In this document: positions 1 through 12,599 of the stretch, one piece after another
Layout: each line of letters opens with the position of its first letter
Position numbering within the stretch: position 1 is the stretch's first letter
Assembly (NCBI GenBank): GCA_951406725.2
Contig: OX597835.1
Span: forward strand, 24,490,001-24,554,000
Length of the DNA: 64,000 bases
Source of the DNA: Octopus vulgaris
Lineage: Eukaryota
Direction of reading: 5' to 3'
The notes under the pieces: model-generated
Told to the model about the DNA's origin: nothing
The model's database searches: none
Seen by the model: only the letters and a program-made list of their open reading frames with translations
Position numbers and translations under genes: made by a program

Positions 1-29
1 TACATACATACATACATACATACATATAC

Positions 30-180
30 TAAATTTTAAAAAGAACAAACACAAAAAAACAACAACCCGAGGACGTGGTACATGCAATGTTTTAGCAGAG
101 GCTCTTCTTCGGAAACGGAGGAAGGTACAAAAGAAGGGAAGACGGAGAAAGAAAATCGCCAACGATTCACATGTGGTTAT
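30..180 (-). mobile_element. Degenerate copy of HHR-bearing Penelope-like short element (same family as 59185-59365)
   Basis: Reverse strand reads ttggcgattttc...gtcttcccttc...gtttccgaagaagagcctctgct...ccacgtcctcgggttgttg, colinear with 59185-59365; flanked by (TACA)n and (TA)n; GAAA side of the core is damaged. Confidence 0.55.
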
Positions 181-555
181 ATATATATAGTTCGAAATAT
201 CACTACACGCGTTTCAATATTGTGGTTTATTGCCAATACGAAATCTACAGCATATAATACTGTGTAACATCAGGTAACATGACGTAAATTCGCATTGTTA
301 TGTAACCATCCCATTTCGTCAGGTGATACTCTGCCATTTTACGACGAAGTACAATAGACCTATGGAGTGGGGGGAGGGGAGAGATATTTATCAACAAACA
401 GAATAGAACAGGCATTTTCAAAATGGGATGGAGATATTAAATATTAAAGGACTTGTAGGGATGCAGTATTTCGTTATGCGATCATAATATACTACAAAGT
501 ATATTAAATGTTTTTATAAGTCAATACCTTGTTCTACTGTGTTAGCAGTGCTACT

Positions 556-753
556 ACATCACTTGTTAAGGTTGTCTCTACGGATAATTCTATAGAGATT
601 ATTGCCAGCACTGGTTTTTGTTATGGCGTTTCGTTTCCGAGATGTCAGGTGTAAATATATTTGACGTCTCGGATACAAAACGTCGTAACAAAAATCAGCG
701 CTGGCTCGAATTCGTATAGAATATCCGTAGAGATTATCTTAAGAAGGAGATGT
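556..753. repeat. Fold-back (palindromic) element, ~95 bp imperfect arms, MITE-like
   Basis: ttaaggttgtctctacggata...gatgtcaggtgta is an imperfect reverse complement of tatatttgacgtctcgg...tatccgtagagattatcttaa. Confidence 0.75.
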
Positions 754-1535
754 TAAACTTTTCAAACCAATCAAAGAACCACATTTCCAGAAGCAACTAA
801 ATTAATGCATACGTATATATTCTTCAAGGAAAATCGTCAAACAGCTATATATTCAATACATATGTTGGAATTTACGGCTAAATGATATATGGTGGGTAGT
901 TAATGACTTAACAGTAAACAATACTGTTATCTTCGACGCAAGATAGCCGACTATTCAAATTTACTAGGGTCTCAAGAGTGGCGCCAGGACAAACCGGAAC
1001 GCGCCAATTCTTAAGATAATTGATAAGAATTATGACTTGTATCTCTAAGTGTTATAAGTAAAGAAAAAAATCCTAAGGAGTGTTTTGGATTAAACGATAT
1101 ACATATACTCAATAAAAAAATGTGTAAAATAATAAAATAAACGGCAGAAAGGGTTGATTGTTGGGGAGGTGGGTGTTAGTAGTGAATGTTAATAGTGTGT
1201 TGTGTGTGTTCGTCGCATTGTGTCAATAGGAAATATTTATTGTATCCATTTCTTTATATAAAAAGAATTGATAACTAAAACGGGTGAAGATAAAAATAAA
1301 AGAAAGATCATAAAAGTTTCACCTAACAAAATAACATTAAAACTTTACAGACACACTGACAGACGCATACACAAAGAGCAACAATGAAAATTCTTGAATT
1401 GAAGATAAAGGAAACTAAATACCCAAAGAGGAATCTGTATCACTTGAGCATTATTCTAAAGTGAATGGTTATATTTCACAGATTAGCGAATGAGGAGTCT
1501 CTTTGCTAAAGGATTTAATCAGATATCTAAACAGA

Positions 1536-2260
1536 TACGAGGTGGTGTCGAAAGGTTCCCTCGCACTAGTTATACTCTCTTTTACTCTTTTACTTGTTTC
1601 AGTCATTTGACTGCGGCCATGCTGGAGCACCGCCTTTAATCGAGCAATTCGACTCCGGGACTTATTCTTTTGTGAGCCCAGCACTTATTCTATCGGTCTC
1701 TTTTGCTGAACCGCTAAGTAACGGGGACATAAACACACCAGCATCGGTTGTCAAGCAATGCTAGGGGGACAAACACAGACACACAAACATACACACACAT
1801 ATACATATATACGATGGGCTTCTTTCAGTTTCCGTCTATCAAATCCACTCACAAGGCTTTGGTCGGCCCGAGGCTATAGAAGAAGACACTTGCCCAAGGT
1901 GGGACTGAACCCGGAACCATGTGGTTGGTAAACAAGCTACTTACCACACAGCCACTCCTGCGCCTATTATGTTTAATATAAAATAGCTGAAGTTTTAACA
2001 TCGTCTCCTTCGAAATAGTCATTTTGCGCAGCTATACCCATCTCGGTGCCACTTTTGGAAACTGCTTCCAATTCATATTTGAATTTTTCCGTGTCATGAA
2101 ACGTCGGGACATGCCAGCAGATGGTTTTGAAACCATTTAGCATATGATCATAGCCATAGCGATATAGCTTGCAGCAGGCCTTGTTGGGTATGCGACATTG
2201 AAAATTCACAACAGTGACGAAACATCGATGTCTGTCGCTCCGAAAAAGGGACCTGATTGA
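1536..2260 (-). mobile_element. Decayed mariner-type transposon 3' part, interrupted by a SINE
   Basis: Minus strand 1990-2110 gives SSFQKWH..IAAQNDYFEGD across a frameshift, like a mariner transposase C-terminus (W..CI...GDYFEGD); TA-cgaggtggtgtcgaaaggttcc at 1536 looks like a mariner TIR. Confidence 0.55.
1573..1964 (-). mobile_element. tRNA-derived SINE family A (CORE-like centre, internal microsatellite, gagtaaaa tail), near full length
   Basis: Head ggcgcaggagtggctgtgtggtaag..ggttcagtccc with A/B boxes; ccttgggcaagtg motif; many homologous copies in the window. Confidence 0.9.
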
Positions 2261-2400
2261 TGTGAGTTAGTCTCCCTTGCCTATGACTTACTTTCAGGTA
2301 TTTTCAACACCAGGAGCATTGAGAATATATTCTCTTGCCATAAACCCACGCACCAACAACCCCCACACCTCGTGCTTTTGTGTTCAATTTTGTTTATATC

Positions 2401-2668
2401 GTGGCACTCTGTCGGTTACGAGTAGTTCTCAGGGAGATTCAGCGTGACACAGAGTGTAACAAGGCTGGCTCCCTTTGAAATACAGGTACAACAGAAACAG
2501 GAAGAAAGAATGAGAGAAAGTTGTGCTGAAAGAGTACAGCAGGGTTGCCCCCCCCCCTGCTGGAGCCCCGTGGCGCTATAGGTGTTTTCCCTCAATAAAA
2601 ACAACGCCCGGTCTGGGAATCGAAACTGCGAGTCTGCTGCTCTAACCACTGGGCCATTACGCCTCCAC
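2401..2668 (-). mobile_element. tRNA-derived SINE family C (tail Y)
   Basis: Head gtggaggcgtaatggcccagtggttag...gtttcgattcccagaccgggcg; colinear with 60038-60425. Confidence 0.85.
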
Positions 2669-2696
2669 TTTGTTTATATATATATATATATATATC

Positions 2697-2829
2697 ACTT
2701 AGTGGTTCGGTAAAAGAGACCGATAGAATAAGTACTGGGCTTACAAAGAATAAGTCCCGGGTCGATTTGCTCGACTAAAGGCGGTGCTCCAGCATGGCCG
2801 CAGTCAAATGACTGAAACAAGTAAAAGAG

Positions 2830-2830
<1 letters not shown>
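2697..2830 (+). mobile_element. SINE family A, 3' fragment
   Basis: cttagtggttcgg...ctccagcatggccgcagtcaaatgactgaaacaagtaaaagag between (TA)n tracts. Confidence 0.85.
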
Positions 2831-2866
<36 letters not shown>

Positions 2867-2869
<3 letters not shown>

Positions 2870-3165
2870 TCGTGATCACCGTGACCGACCAGGCTATCAG
2901 ATGTTGCTACACATCGCTGGCCACAATGCACTTCACATTGTTTTTGCCTTCAAATGACGCCACCCCACTGGCTAAGCGAGCAGGCCAAAGAGAGAAAGTT
3001 GTGGCCAAAGAGTACAGCAGGGATCGCCACCCCACTGCCGGAACCTCGGGGAGCTTTTAGGTGTTTTCGCTCAATAAACACTCACAATGCCCAGTCTGGG
3101 AATCGAAACCGCAATCCTACGACCGCGAGTCCGCTGCCCAAACCACTGGGCCATTACGCCTCCAC
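2867..3165 (-). mobile_element. SINE family C head joined to an alternative tail X
   Basis: Head matches 2401-2668 and 60038-60425; distal part resembles 31740-31850. Confidence 0.75.
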
Positions 3166-3484
3166 TTTGTTTATACACACACACACACACACGTCGGAAA
3201 TCCTTTTCTGTATCCCTGGTGTTTCTAAGAAACCAAATTCTGGTGCCATTTGATATATTTTCAAAAGGTGTTTTGGTATTCGTGAAAGGAAATCATTAAA
3301 CCGTAATTTCCTTGAGTATCAGGTCTGTATGGATAAATATAAGTGAGGTGTCAACGAAAGGATGTACTTTCGCTTTCGGTATTATAGCGGAGACACTACA
3401 CGCATACATACACATACACATACACATATACATGTAAGTATAGTTCTATAAGCACTTGACGCACATGCAGAGGATTTCACACAG

Positions 3485-3643
3485 GCACGTACATGTTTAA
3501 GTTTGTGTGCGTGTGTGCGTGTGTGTGTGTGTGTATGTATGTGTGTGTGTGTATGCACGAGTGTGCATGCGTGCAATATGTGTATGGGTGTGTGTAAAAA
3601 TATATATGTAGAGAGAGAGAGAGAGAGCGAGAGAGAAAGAGAG

Positions 3644-3709
<66 letters not shown>

Positions 3710-3743
3710 GGAGAGTGAGAGAAAGAAAGAGGTAGATAGATAG

Positions 3744-3809
<66 letters not shown>

Positions 3810-3925
3810 TTAGATAGATAGATAGATAGATAGATAGAAAGAGAGAGAGAGAGAAAGGGAGAAAGAGAGAGAGAAAGGGAGAAAGGGAGAGAAAGAGAGA
3901 AAGGGAGAGAAAGAGAGAAAGAGAG
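3485..3925. repeat. Compound microsatellite (GT)n/(GA)n/(ATAG)n
   Basis: Directly visible. Confidence 0.95.
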
Positions 3926-3929
3926 AATA

Positions 3930-4375
3930 TCACTGAGACAAGTGAAGTTTTAATTATCGCGTAGCCGTATTCACGAACGATGGGAAGCAGGAGGATAAAC
4001 TGAAGCCTAGAATCGCAGGTGGTGGCACAGTAAAGCGTCAGGTCCAGCGTTCGATCCACAGAAGAGGAGAGAGATTTGGTAAAAATAAAGCCAAACTTGC
4101 TGTCTTCAATTCTGTTTTCGCGCCGGTGGTCATGAATTTTGGGTAATACCCGAAGAAGTACAATCGCAGACACAAGTGGTCGAAATGGAAGTTCCTCTTA
4201 AGAATCTCTGGTGCAATATTGCTGGACAAGGTACGTGGATCAGGAGATCAGGGAGTCTCTCTAAGGCAAGCCGCTACCACTCCACATTGAAAGGTTACGG
4301 TTCTGGCATTGCGGACATGTAATTAGGATGTCGCAGGAAAGACTCACAAGACGGATCCCTCAATCCTTGCACTGA
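3930..4375 (+). mobile_element. RTE-clade LINE fragment (C-terminal ORF), frameshifted
   Basis: Translates as [80 protein letters not shown], typical of the post-RT region of RTE elements. Confidence 0.75.
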
Positions 4376-4510
4376 AGTAGCCCTGTAAGATATTAGGTTA
4401 TTCGGAAAACAATGTCCGATTTTTCTAAAATATTTTTTTTCTAATTCGATTTAAGAGGTTATTTTTGTAGTGTTTTAGACGAAATTTTACATGTTTAATA
4501 ATTGATGTGT

Positions 4511-4914
4511 ACTCTCTTACTCTTTACTCTTTTCCTTGTTTCAGTCATTGACTGCGGCCATGCTGGAGCACCGCCTTTAGTCGAGCAAATCGACACCGGG
4601 ACTTATTCTTTGTAAGCCCAGTACTTATTCTATCGGTCTCTTTTGCCGAACCGCTAAGTGACGGGGACGTAAACACACCAGCTTCGGTTGTCAAGCAATG
4701 CTTGGGGGACAAACACAAACACACACACACATATATATATATACATATATACGACAGGCTTCTTTCAGTTTCCGTCTACCAAATCCACTCACAAGGCATT
4801 GGTCGGCCCGGAGCTATAGCAGAAGACACTTGCCCAAGATGCCACGCAGTGGGACTGAACCCAGAACCATGTGGTTGGTAGGCAAGCTACTTGCCACACA
4901 GCCACTCCTGCGCC
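4511..4914 (-). mobile_element. SINE family A, full length, nested in the mariner
   Basis: Colinear with 1573-1964 and 9585-9978. Confidence 0.9.
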
Positions 4915-5260
4915 TATTAGTAAATTTTTATTGATTTCGTTAAGAATATACTTTTGAAGCGCTGACCTCCTTAATTTCAAACATGAAAAAAAAAAAAGAA
5001 AAACAAAGGAATTCAAACTGAGATATAAGGCTTCCCAAACAGCTGCCAATATCAATAGAGCATGGGGTGAAGGGTCCGCAAGTGATCGGACGGTACGACG
5101 GTGGTTTGAGAGATTCCGTAGTGGGAATGTGAGCCTTGAAGGTCAAAAAAGTAGAGGCCGTCCATCCACTCTTGATGATCAGCGCTTGAGAACAATAATC
5201 GAACAAAACCCACGACAAAGAGTCAGAAAAATGTTTTATATGTTTGGTGTCTGTCAGTAA

Positions 5261-5611
5261 ATGGAAGAAATACATGTTCATTCGAGCAAAATGAGACCTG
5301 CACTTGTTAATCGACATGACCCAATTCTGATCCAAGACAACCCTCGAACGCACGTTTCCAGGATGACACTGCAGAAACTCACAGACTTAGGATACAAGAC
5401 TTTACCACATCCTCCATATTCTCCTGATCTTTCACTCACTGACTGCCATTTTTTCAAGCATCTAGACACGTTTTTAAAGCAAAATACTTTCCGTTCCAAA
5501 ACCGAGATCGAAACTGAATTCAAAGATTTCTTGGGATCAAAACCTTTGGATTTTTATCGAAGAAGCATAAATGACTTTGTTAATCGATGGGAGAAAAGCA
5601 TAGCTGTTTAG
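5261..5611 (+). pseudogene. Mariner transposase C-terminal fragment
   Basis: LIQDNPRTH...LPHPPYSPDLSLTDCHFFKHL...FYRRSINDFVNRWEKSI; upstream part broken or deleted. Confidence 0.9.
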
Positions 5612-5714
5612 GCATCGTATTTTGAATAATTACACCTCTGTATAAGTTCAGTTTTTCGAGAATATAGGCTTATTTTAAAAATCGGCCATTATTTTCTGAA
5701 CAACCTAATATATA

Positions 5715-5753
5715 CATGTATGTGTGTGCGTGTATACACAGATAGATATATGC

Positions 5754-5804
<51 letters not shown>

Positions 5805-6143
5805 CGCGCTTCAGTGTGTGCGTACGTGCGTGCGAATGTCGATTGCGTGTGTGTGTGTATGTGTGTGTGTGTGCGTGCGTACATCCATTTGTACGTATGT
5901 GCACACACGCCCAGTTACTAAAACAAAGATATGAAAGGAAGAGGGAGTGAGAGGAGGAGGGGAGGAGGAGGAGGAGGAAGAGGAGGAGGAGAGGCAGAAG
6001 AGTGGCTACTGGTGCAGTGAGGGGAGACCTACTTTATGAAAGTGGGGGAACATGTGTTAAGTAGAGACACGTAGAGAAAATATCAGACAGGTTTATGATA
6101 TACATATGCATATATATATGTATGTGTGCGTGTACATATATAA

Positions 6144-6191
<48 letters not shown>

Positions 6192-6483
6192 CTACGTATG
6201 TACATATGGGCACATATGCACACATATTTTTTGTGTAGATAATATTAATATATATTGAAATGTCAAGGGGCGGAAAAAGACGGAACACCTGGGGAAAAGT
6301 ATTGTATATTTATCTACTGTGTTTGTACGTGGATATGAGAGGCTTTGATGGCAACCTTATATATATATATTATGTATGTATGTGTGTGTGTGTGTGTGTG
6401 TGTGTGCATGTGTGTATGTATATTTATATATTCATTTATGTATAAATATATGCATATATATATTTTATGAATAAATGTATATT

Positions 6484-6536
<53 letters not shown>

Positions 6537-6765
6537 GTATGTATGAATATAGTTGCATGTGTGTATGTACATACATGATCATACATCTTTGAATGCATGT
6601 GTATATATATATTATGTATATATGTATGTATGTGTGTGTATATATGTATGAACGAATCTATGTATGTATGAACGAATCTATGTATTCATATACATAAGTG
6701 TATATATGTATATATTCTCGCACATATGGATTTATACACACACACACACACACACACTTATATAT
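5715..6765. repeat. Compound (TA)n/(GT)n/(GAG)n microsatellite field
   Basis: Directly visible. Confidence 0.9.
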
Positions 6766-6767
6766 AT

Positions 6768-6985
6768 ATACGACGGGTTTCTTTCAGTTTCCGTCTACCA
6801 AATCCATTCAGAAGGCTTTGGTCGGCCCGAGGCTATAATAGAAGACACTTGCCCAAGGTGCCACGCAGTGGGACTGAACCTGGAACCACGTGGTTGGTAA
6901 GCAAGGCTACTTACCACACAGCCACGCCTGTGCCTCCACACAGCCAAGCCTGCGCCTCCTCATAGCCACGCCTGCTGCCTCCACA
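6768..6985 (-). mobile_element. SINE family A 5' half with tandemly reiterated head segment
   Basis: Family A head; cacacagccacgcctg(t)gcctc-like unit repeated about 4 times at 6915-6985. Confidence 0.8.
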
Positions 6986-7259
6986 CGGCCAATATTTATA
7001 TGTACATATGTACACACACACACACACACACACACACAATACACACATTCATATATAAATTACATACAAGGCACCAACAGATGTGGCGTGAGACAAGATT
7101 TTTAAAAAAACCCAAGAGAACAGATACTTTTACAGAAGTCGAACGCCTTACGTATCGTTCGGTGTCTGATCTACCACAGATTGCACGAAATCTGTTCTGT
7201 CTAGAATTCTCCTTGTTAATACTTTGAATAATGTATATAAGTATACCTACCTACCTACT

Positions 7260-7320
<61 letters not shown>

Positions 7321-7794
7321 GCACAAATGTATATGTACGTATATATATTTTTGGATATGTTATATTTTAAGTATTCACTCGTTTACGTTGCAGTTAATTG
7401 CTATTGGCATCACAGAGCGTGTTGTAAGGCAAGAGTGTGTTAACAGAGGCAAAATCAAAAACTGGTGATTGAATGGTGACGAACGTATTTATGTAACTCA
7501 TAGTGATATGAGCTGAGCTAATATTGTTTATCTGTTATGACGCTTATAATTGCTAATTTGACAGGCGGAAATGGCTAGACCTATATATTTAGTTATTGAT
7601 AATGGTATCGACGAGCAACCGAATGATGCATGGTTCGATTCCCGTGTAAGGGTTTTTTTTCTTTCTGTCTTTGGCAAGGAACTCATTACAGCAGCGAAGC
7701 GGCGGTTTCGAACTAGTTGTGGATTTGATACAACTATATGCATGAAAATATTCACATAAAACAAAACATACAAATCTGCACATATATGCAAAAA

Positions 7795-7890
7795 TACCCT
7801 GTTGATGTTGTTGAAATTCCAAAGAAGGAGCCTTGGATCTAGGTTAGAAACCGTCTCTCAAGAAATCTTGTAATAAGACTGAATAATGAC
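7795..7890 (+). repeat. Short interspersed element associated with (TACA)n (copies at 17782-17880 and 24841-24940)
   Basis: ccctgttgatgtt..gaaattccaaagaaggagccttggatctaggttagaaacc..caagaaatcttgaaataaaactgaat recurs three times, plus fragments. Confidence 0.8.
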
Positions 7891-8100
7891 GCATACGAGC
7901 TGTCAATTGTTGAACACAACTGTCACTACAACTACAAAAACCTGAGGATTAGGTAACGCATGAAAGTACTAGTTTTGCTGCAATAAGTATATAATATTCC
8001 TTTATTGCAATATTGTAAAATTGCAAAAATTGTAAATAATAAAACGTGGAAATCAGATTATGTTGGAATTTCATTGATTAATATGTTCTTCTATACACAA

Positions 8101-8140
<40 letters not shown>

Positions 8141-8466
8141 CAAAAGCCCGACAAAGGAACGAACGGAAATTCACACACAAGATATGGACGTGCCTATTCA
8201 TCGACAGTTGTATATAAATATATGTATAAGTGTTTTCATACATCATCCTGTGATGCACTTGGACACTTCATCAATGATGTTTCCTGGAGTCATATGATGG
8301 TTCGGGTCTCTTAACATCAGACTCCCTCACTCAGAGGTTCAACAAGCCGCAACATGTGCCAAATTAGCACTGTCATTTGCAGGACTCGAACCTCCCGTTC
8401 CACGGCCACCTCGAGTCAATCCACGCTGCCTCCACTCCCAAACCTGATGGCCTTCCATGTGCTTAC

Positions 8467-8880
8467 GGCGAGCTGGCAGAAACGTTAGCACGCCGGGCAA
8501 ATGCTTAGCGGTACTTCGTCTGCCGCTACGTTCTGAGTTCAAATTCCGCCGAGGTCGACTTTGCCTTTCATCCTTTCGGGGTCGATAAATTAAGTACCAA
8601 CTGCGCACTGGGGTCGATCTAATTGACTGGCTCCCTACCCCAAACTTTCGGGCCTTGTGCCTAGAGCAGAAAAAAATCGTTAGCACACCGATGACGCATG
8701 GTTCGATTCCCGTGGAAGGATTTTCTTCCAGAGTTTTCGGCAGAGTTTCTTCCAGCTATACGTTTAGAGTTCGAATTTCGCCGAAGACGCCTTCACCTTT
8801 CATCCTTTCGGGATCAACGAAAATAAGTACCAGCTGAGCCGTGGGGTCAATGTAATCGACTGCATACTTCCCCGCCCAAA
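8467..8880 (+). mobile_element. Two tandem SINE family B copies (Meta-domain-like centre)
   Basis: ggcgagctggcagaaacgttagc..gagttcaaattcc..gtcgactttgcctttcatcctttcggggtcgataaattaagtacc; second copy diverged. Confidence 0.8.
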
Positions 8881-9269
8881 ATAAGCTTTTGGCAAAAATA
8901 AGCTTTTTGACAATAGCCGAAAGAACTACTATACGCATACATATACTCATACATACAAGTATGCATACACTCACACACACATATATACATACATACATGT
9001 AAATGTGCGTGTGTATATAAGCATGTATTTTAAAACATAAACAGTGTCTATATGTATGCATTTTACGCCATAAGTCATAAGTTACGCCTAGCTGATTTCT
9101 CTGACAGGAGACAGCAGGTTTAAATTTATAAGTTCTTGTCACTGTTTTATATCTATGTCTGTCTGTCTGACTCTCTCTCTCTCTCTCTCTCCATATATAT
9201 ATATATATGACTTAAAATATAATACTGAGTTCTAGAGCAGATAATATTTCGTCAATGTATCACATACCG

Positions 9270-9309
<40 letters not shown>

Positions 9310-9342
9310 ATATAAATGTGTATGTATGCATGTGTATGTGTG

Positions 9343-9389
<47 letters not shown>

Positions 9390-9392
<3 letters not shown>

Positions 9393-9538
9393 CGCAGGAG
9401 TGGCTGTGTAGTAAGTAACTTGCTTACCAACTATATGGTTCCGCGTTCAGTCTCACTCCGTGGCACATTGGGCAAGTGTCTAGCTTCGTGAGTAGATTTG
9501 GTTGACGGAAACTAAAAGAAGCCCTTCGTATATATGTG

Positions 9539-9586
<48 letters not shown>

Positions 9587-9978
9587 CGCAGGAGTGGCTG
9601 TGTGGTAAGTAGCTTGCTAACCAACCACATGGTTCTGGGTTCAGTCCCACTGCGTGGCATCTTGGGCAAGTGTCTTCTGCTATAGCCCCGGGCCGACCAA
9701 TGCCTTGTGAGTGGATTTGGTAGACGGAAACTGAAAGAAGCCTGTCGTATATATGTATATATATTTATATATGTGTGTGTGTTTGTGTGTCTGTGTTTGT
9801 CCCCCTAGCATTGCTTGACAACCGATGCTGGTGTGTTTACGTCCCCGTCACTTAGCGGTTCGGCAAAAGAGACTGATAGAATAAGTACTGGGCTTACAAA
9901 GAATAAGTCCCGGGGTCGATTTGCTCGACTAAAGGCGGTGCTCCAGCATGGCCGCAGTCAAAATGACTGAAACAAGTA
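9390..9978 (+). mobile_element. SINE family A: partial copy (9390-9530) and full copy (9585-9978)
   Basis: Both start ggcgcaggagtggctgtg directly after (TA)n. Confidence 0.9.
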
Positions 9979-9994
9979 AGTAAAGTAAGTAAAG

Positions 9995-9999
<5 letters not shown>

Positions 10000-10029
<30 letters not shown>

Positions 10030-10115
10030 TGTATGTATGTATGTATGTATGTATGTATGTATGTATGTATGTATGTATGTATGTATGTATGTATGTATGT
10101 ATGTATGTATGTATG

Positions 10116-10146
<31 letters not shown>

Positions 10147-10148
10147 AT
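10000..10148. repeat. (ATGT)n microsatellite
   Basis: Directly visible. Confidence 0.95.
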
Positions 10149-10210
10149 GCTTGTGTGTCTGTGCTTGTCCTTCCAACGTCCCTAGGCAAACCAATATTGC
10201 AGGAGAGTTT

Positions 10211-10418
10211 CAACAAAGACAAAACACGGAGAACATGCTACACATTACAAATACAAACAACAAGAAAATAACAACAGGCATCTTTCGACTGAGAACGAAT
10301 CGAATTGAGCTGGCATGTATGAAGTGAAAGCCTAAAGGCAGGGATTTATAACATGAACATAAGAGGTGTTGGCGGTCAGCAGTCAGGCCAAGAAAGAAAG
10401 ATCATGACTGGTCGGACA
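10211..10418. repeat. ~205 bp segment also present at 15368-15577
   Basis: caacaaagacaaaacacggagaacatgctacac...gtcaggccaag..aaagatcatg..tgg.cggacac near-identical at both sites. Confidence 0.9.
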
Positions 10419-10904
10419 CTCTTAAGCGGCATTAGAATTTGTGTCGTCCTAAGGTATAAGCACAGTGACCTCCGGGAAGAGAGCTTAACTGTTTCGGGGC
10501 CCCAATGCTAATCTGCTGTGTTTTGCCGTCTATTAATACATTTTTAGACCCTATATAATGTTGTTAAGACCGTCCTGTATAGAATGTCAGAATCGGTAGA
10601 TCATCGAGCAAACTGCCTTGTTGTAGACATTCAGTTATTTCTTATACATTGTAATTTTAATTCCAACTTTAATTACCTTATTTCCAGTACCTACCCTGTT
10701 CCCAACAATACATTCATTTCCTTATTCGCTCCATAGTATTATGCTCCCAACGTTCTCAGGTTTACCTTGTTCCCAACACCACTCTTTCCTTTACTCTCTC
10801 CACAAAACTTGGTCAAACTGATGTAGAAGCCTCTGATGAGAAACCAATAATATTCCAAAGCCGACAGTTAGATTAGCTCTCCTCATACAAGTGCTATTCG
10901 TTTA

Positions 10905-11066
10905 CCCTTTTACTTGTTTCAGACATTTGATTGCGGCCATGCTGGAGCACTGCCTTAAAGAGTTTTATTTGAAGGAATCGACCCCAGGACATATTCTTTG
11001 TAAACCTAGTACTTATCCTATTCAAAGACACACAGACACAAATACACACACACACACACATACACA

Positions 11067-11119
<53 letters not shown>

Positions 11120-11260
11120 TATCGACTGGCTTCTTTCGGTTTCCGCCTACCAAATCCACTCATAAGGCTTTAGTCGGCTCGTGACTACAGTAGAATATAC
11201 TTGCCCAAGATGCCACGCAGTGGGACTGAACCCGGAACCATGTGGTTGGGAAGCAAGCTT
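10905..11260 (-). mobile_element. SINE family A, diverged and deleted
   Basis: Head and tail motifs with expanded internal (CA)n. Confidence 0.8.
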
Positions 11261-11424
11261 TTTTTTTTTTTTTATACATCATCCTATGATACGACTGGAC
11301 ACTTCACCACTATGTTTTCTGTCTCTCAACATCAGACTCCTTCTTTCAGGGGTCTAAAAGCACATCCGTTTCTTCACTCCCATACATAATAACTTACCCT
11401 ATTCCCAACACCATATTCAGACAA

Positions 11425-11615
11425 CAAAGTCGACCTCGGCGGAATTTGAACGTTCTGAGTTCAAATTCCGCCGAGGTCGACTTTGCCTTTCATCCTTTCG
11501 GGGTCGATAAATTAAGTACCAGTTACGCACTGGGGTCGATGTAATCGTCTTAATCCGTTTGTCTGTCCTTGTTTGTCCCCTCTGTGTTTAGCTCCTTGTG
11601 GGTAGTAAAGAAATA
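11425..11615 (+). mobile_element. 5'-truncated, 5'-inverted SINE family B (tail 1) with ~15 bp TSD
   Basis: TSD catattcagacaaca at 11412-11426 and 11616-11630; 27 bp perfect inverted repeat 11425-11451/11459-11485. Confidence 0.9.
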
Positions 11616-12029
11616 CATATTCAGACAACACTACTCCCAACACCACACCAACCCACACTTAAATCACCACCACTCTTACCTCGTTCCAAACACCCCATAT
11701 TCTATCTCATACCCGATGCCATACCCGTTTACTCGAAACCACGCTTTCTTCAGCTTTTTTCCCCGATGTATTTACCCCGTTCCCAGCACCCCGATTCATG
11801 TCAGTCTCAATCGGAGCCATCTTCATCCTTCCGCCAGTCAAATCTCTGTTCCATACACCCCACCCTCACCCATAATCCGAAATGTCTTCCCCGCACACAC
11901 CAGCCACATATGTGTTTATCGTTTCCATCCGACACTCACACACCCGTTTCGCATTTCCACCCGGTTCTCCTCTTATCCCTATCTCACCTCCGTCGCTATG
12001 CCAATCAACGCTGTCGCCTTAGAATTCAT

Positions 12030-12335
12030 CACGCCGCCGCCGCCGCCACCACCACCACCACCACCACCACCACCACCATCACCACCACCACCACCACCAC
12101 CACCGCCACTACTATCGCCATCACTACTATTGTCATCACCACCACAGCTACCAACAACAGCACCACCATTTCTATAGCCACCACCACCACCACCACCACT
12201 ACCACCAACCATTCCAACACTACCACCATTGCTACCGCCATTTTTTCGACATTCACCACCACCACTACCACCACATCCACTACTACCGCCGCGGCCACCA
12301 CCAGCACCAGCATCACCAAACCCACCACCACCACC
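12030..12335. repeat. (ACC)n-type degenerate trinucleotide repeat
   Basis: Directly visible. Confidence 0.9.
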
Positions 12336-12599
12336 GGGGAATACTAAGAGGTGACTCGGTCTGCTAGACATAGCAGCTAAGTCACCCATGGCTGTCGTTA
12401 AAAGTACAACATTGAATAAGATAACTCGTTCGCTTGTTGTTGTTGTTGTCGTTGTTGTTGTCGTTGTTGTATTATTCTTTCGAAAGATGGAAGGCAAATC
12501 ACTGGATTCTCATTCAGATTTATAGGTGGTTTTTTTTACCTCTTGTTCAGAGTCGAGTTAAGGGTTAAGGGGCTAAGGGGCTGAAAAACAAAAATCAGG

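Larger units (their letters stand above)
4393..5708 (+). mobile_element. Internally deleted mariner transposon with both TIRs and TA TSD; SINE inserted inside
   Basis: TA|ttaggttattcggaaaacaatgtccgattttt and aaaaatcggccattattttctgaacaacctaa|TA; ORF 5261-5611 has QDNPRTH and YSPDLSLTDCHFF catalytic-domain motifs. Confidence 0.9.

Noticed and set aside
1973-2209. 78 aa ORF resembling a terminal exon
   Set aside because: Better explained as a frameshifted mariner transposase C-terminus
10828-10885. ctgatgag motif
   Set aside because: No stem II or properly placed GAAA-UH; at most a decayed remnant
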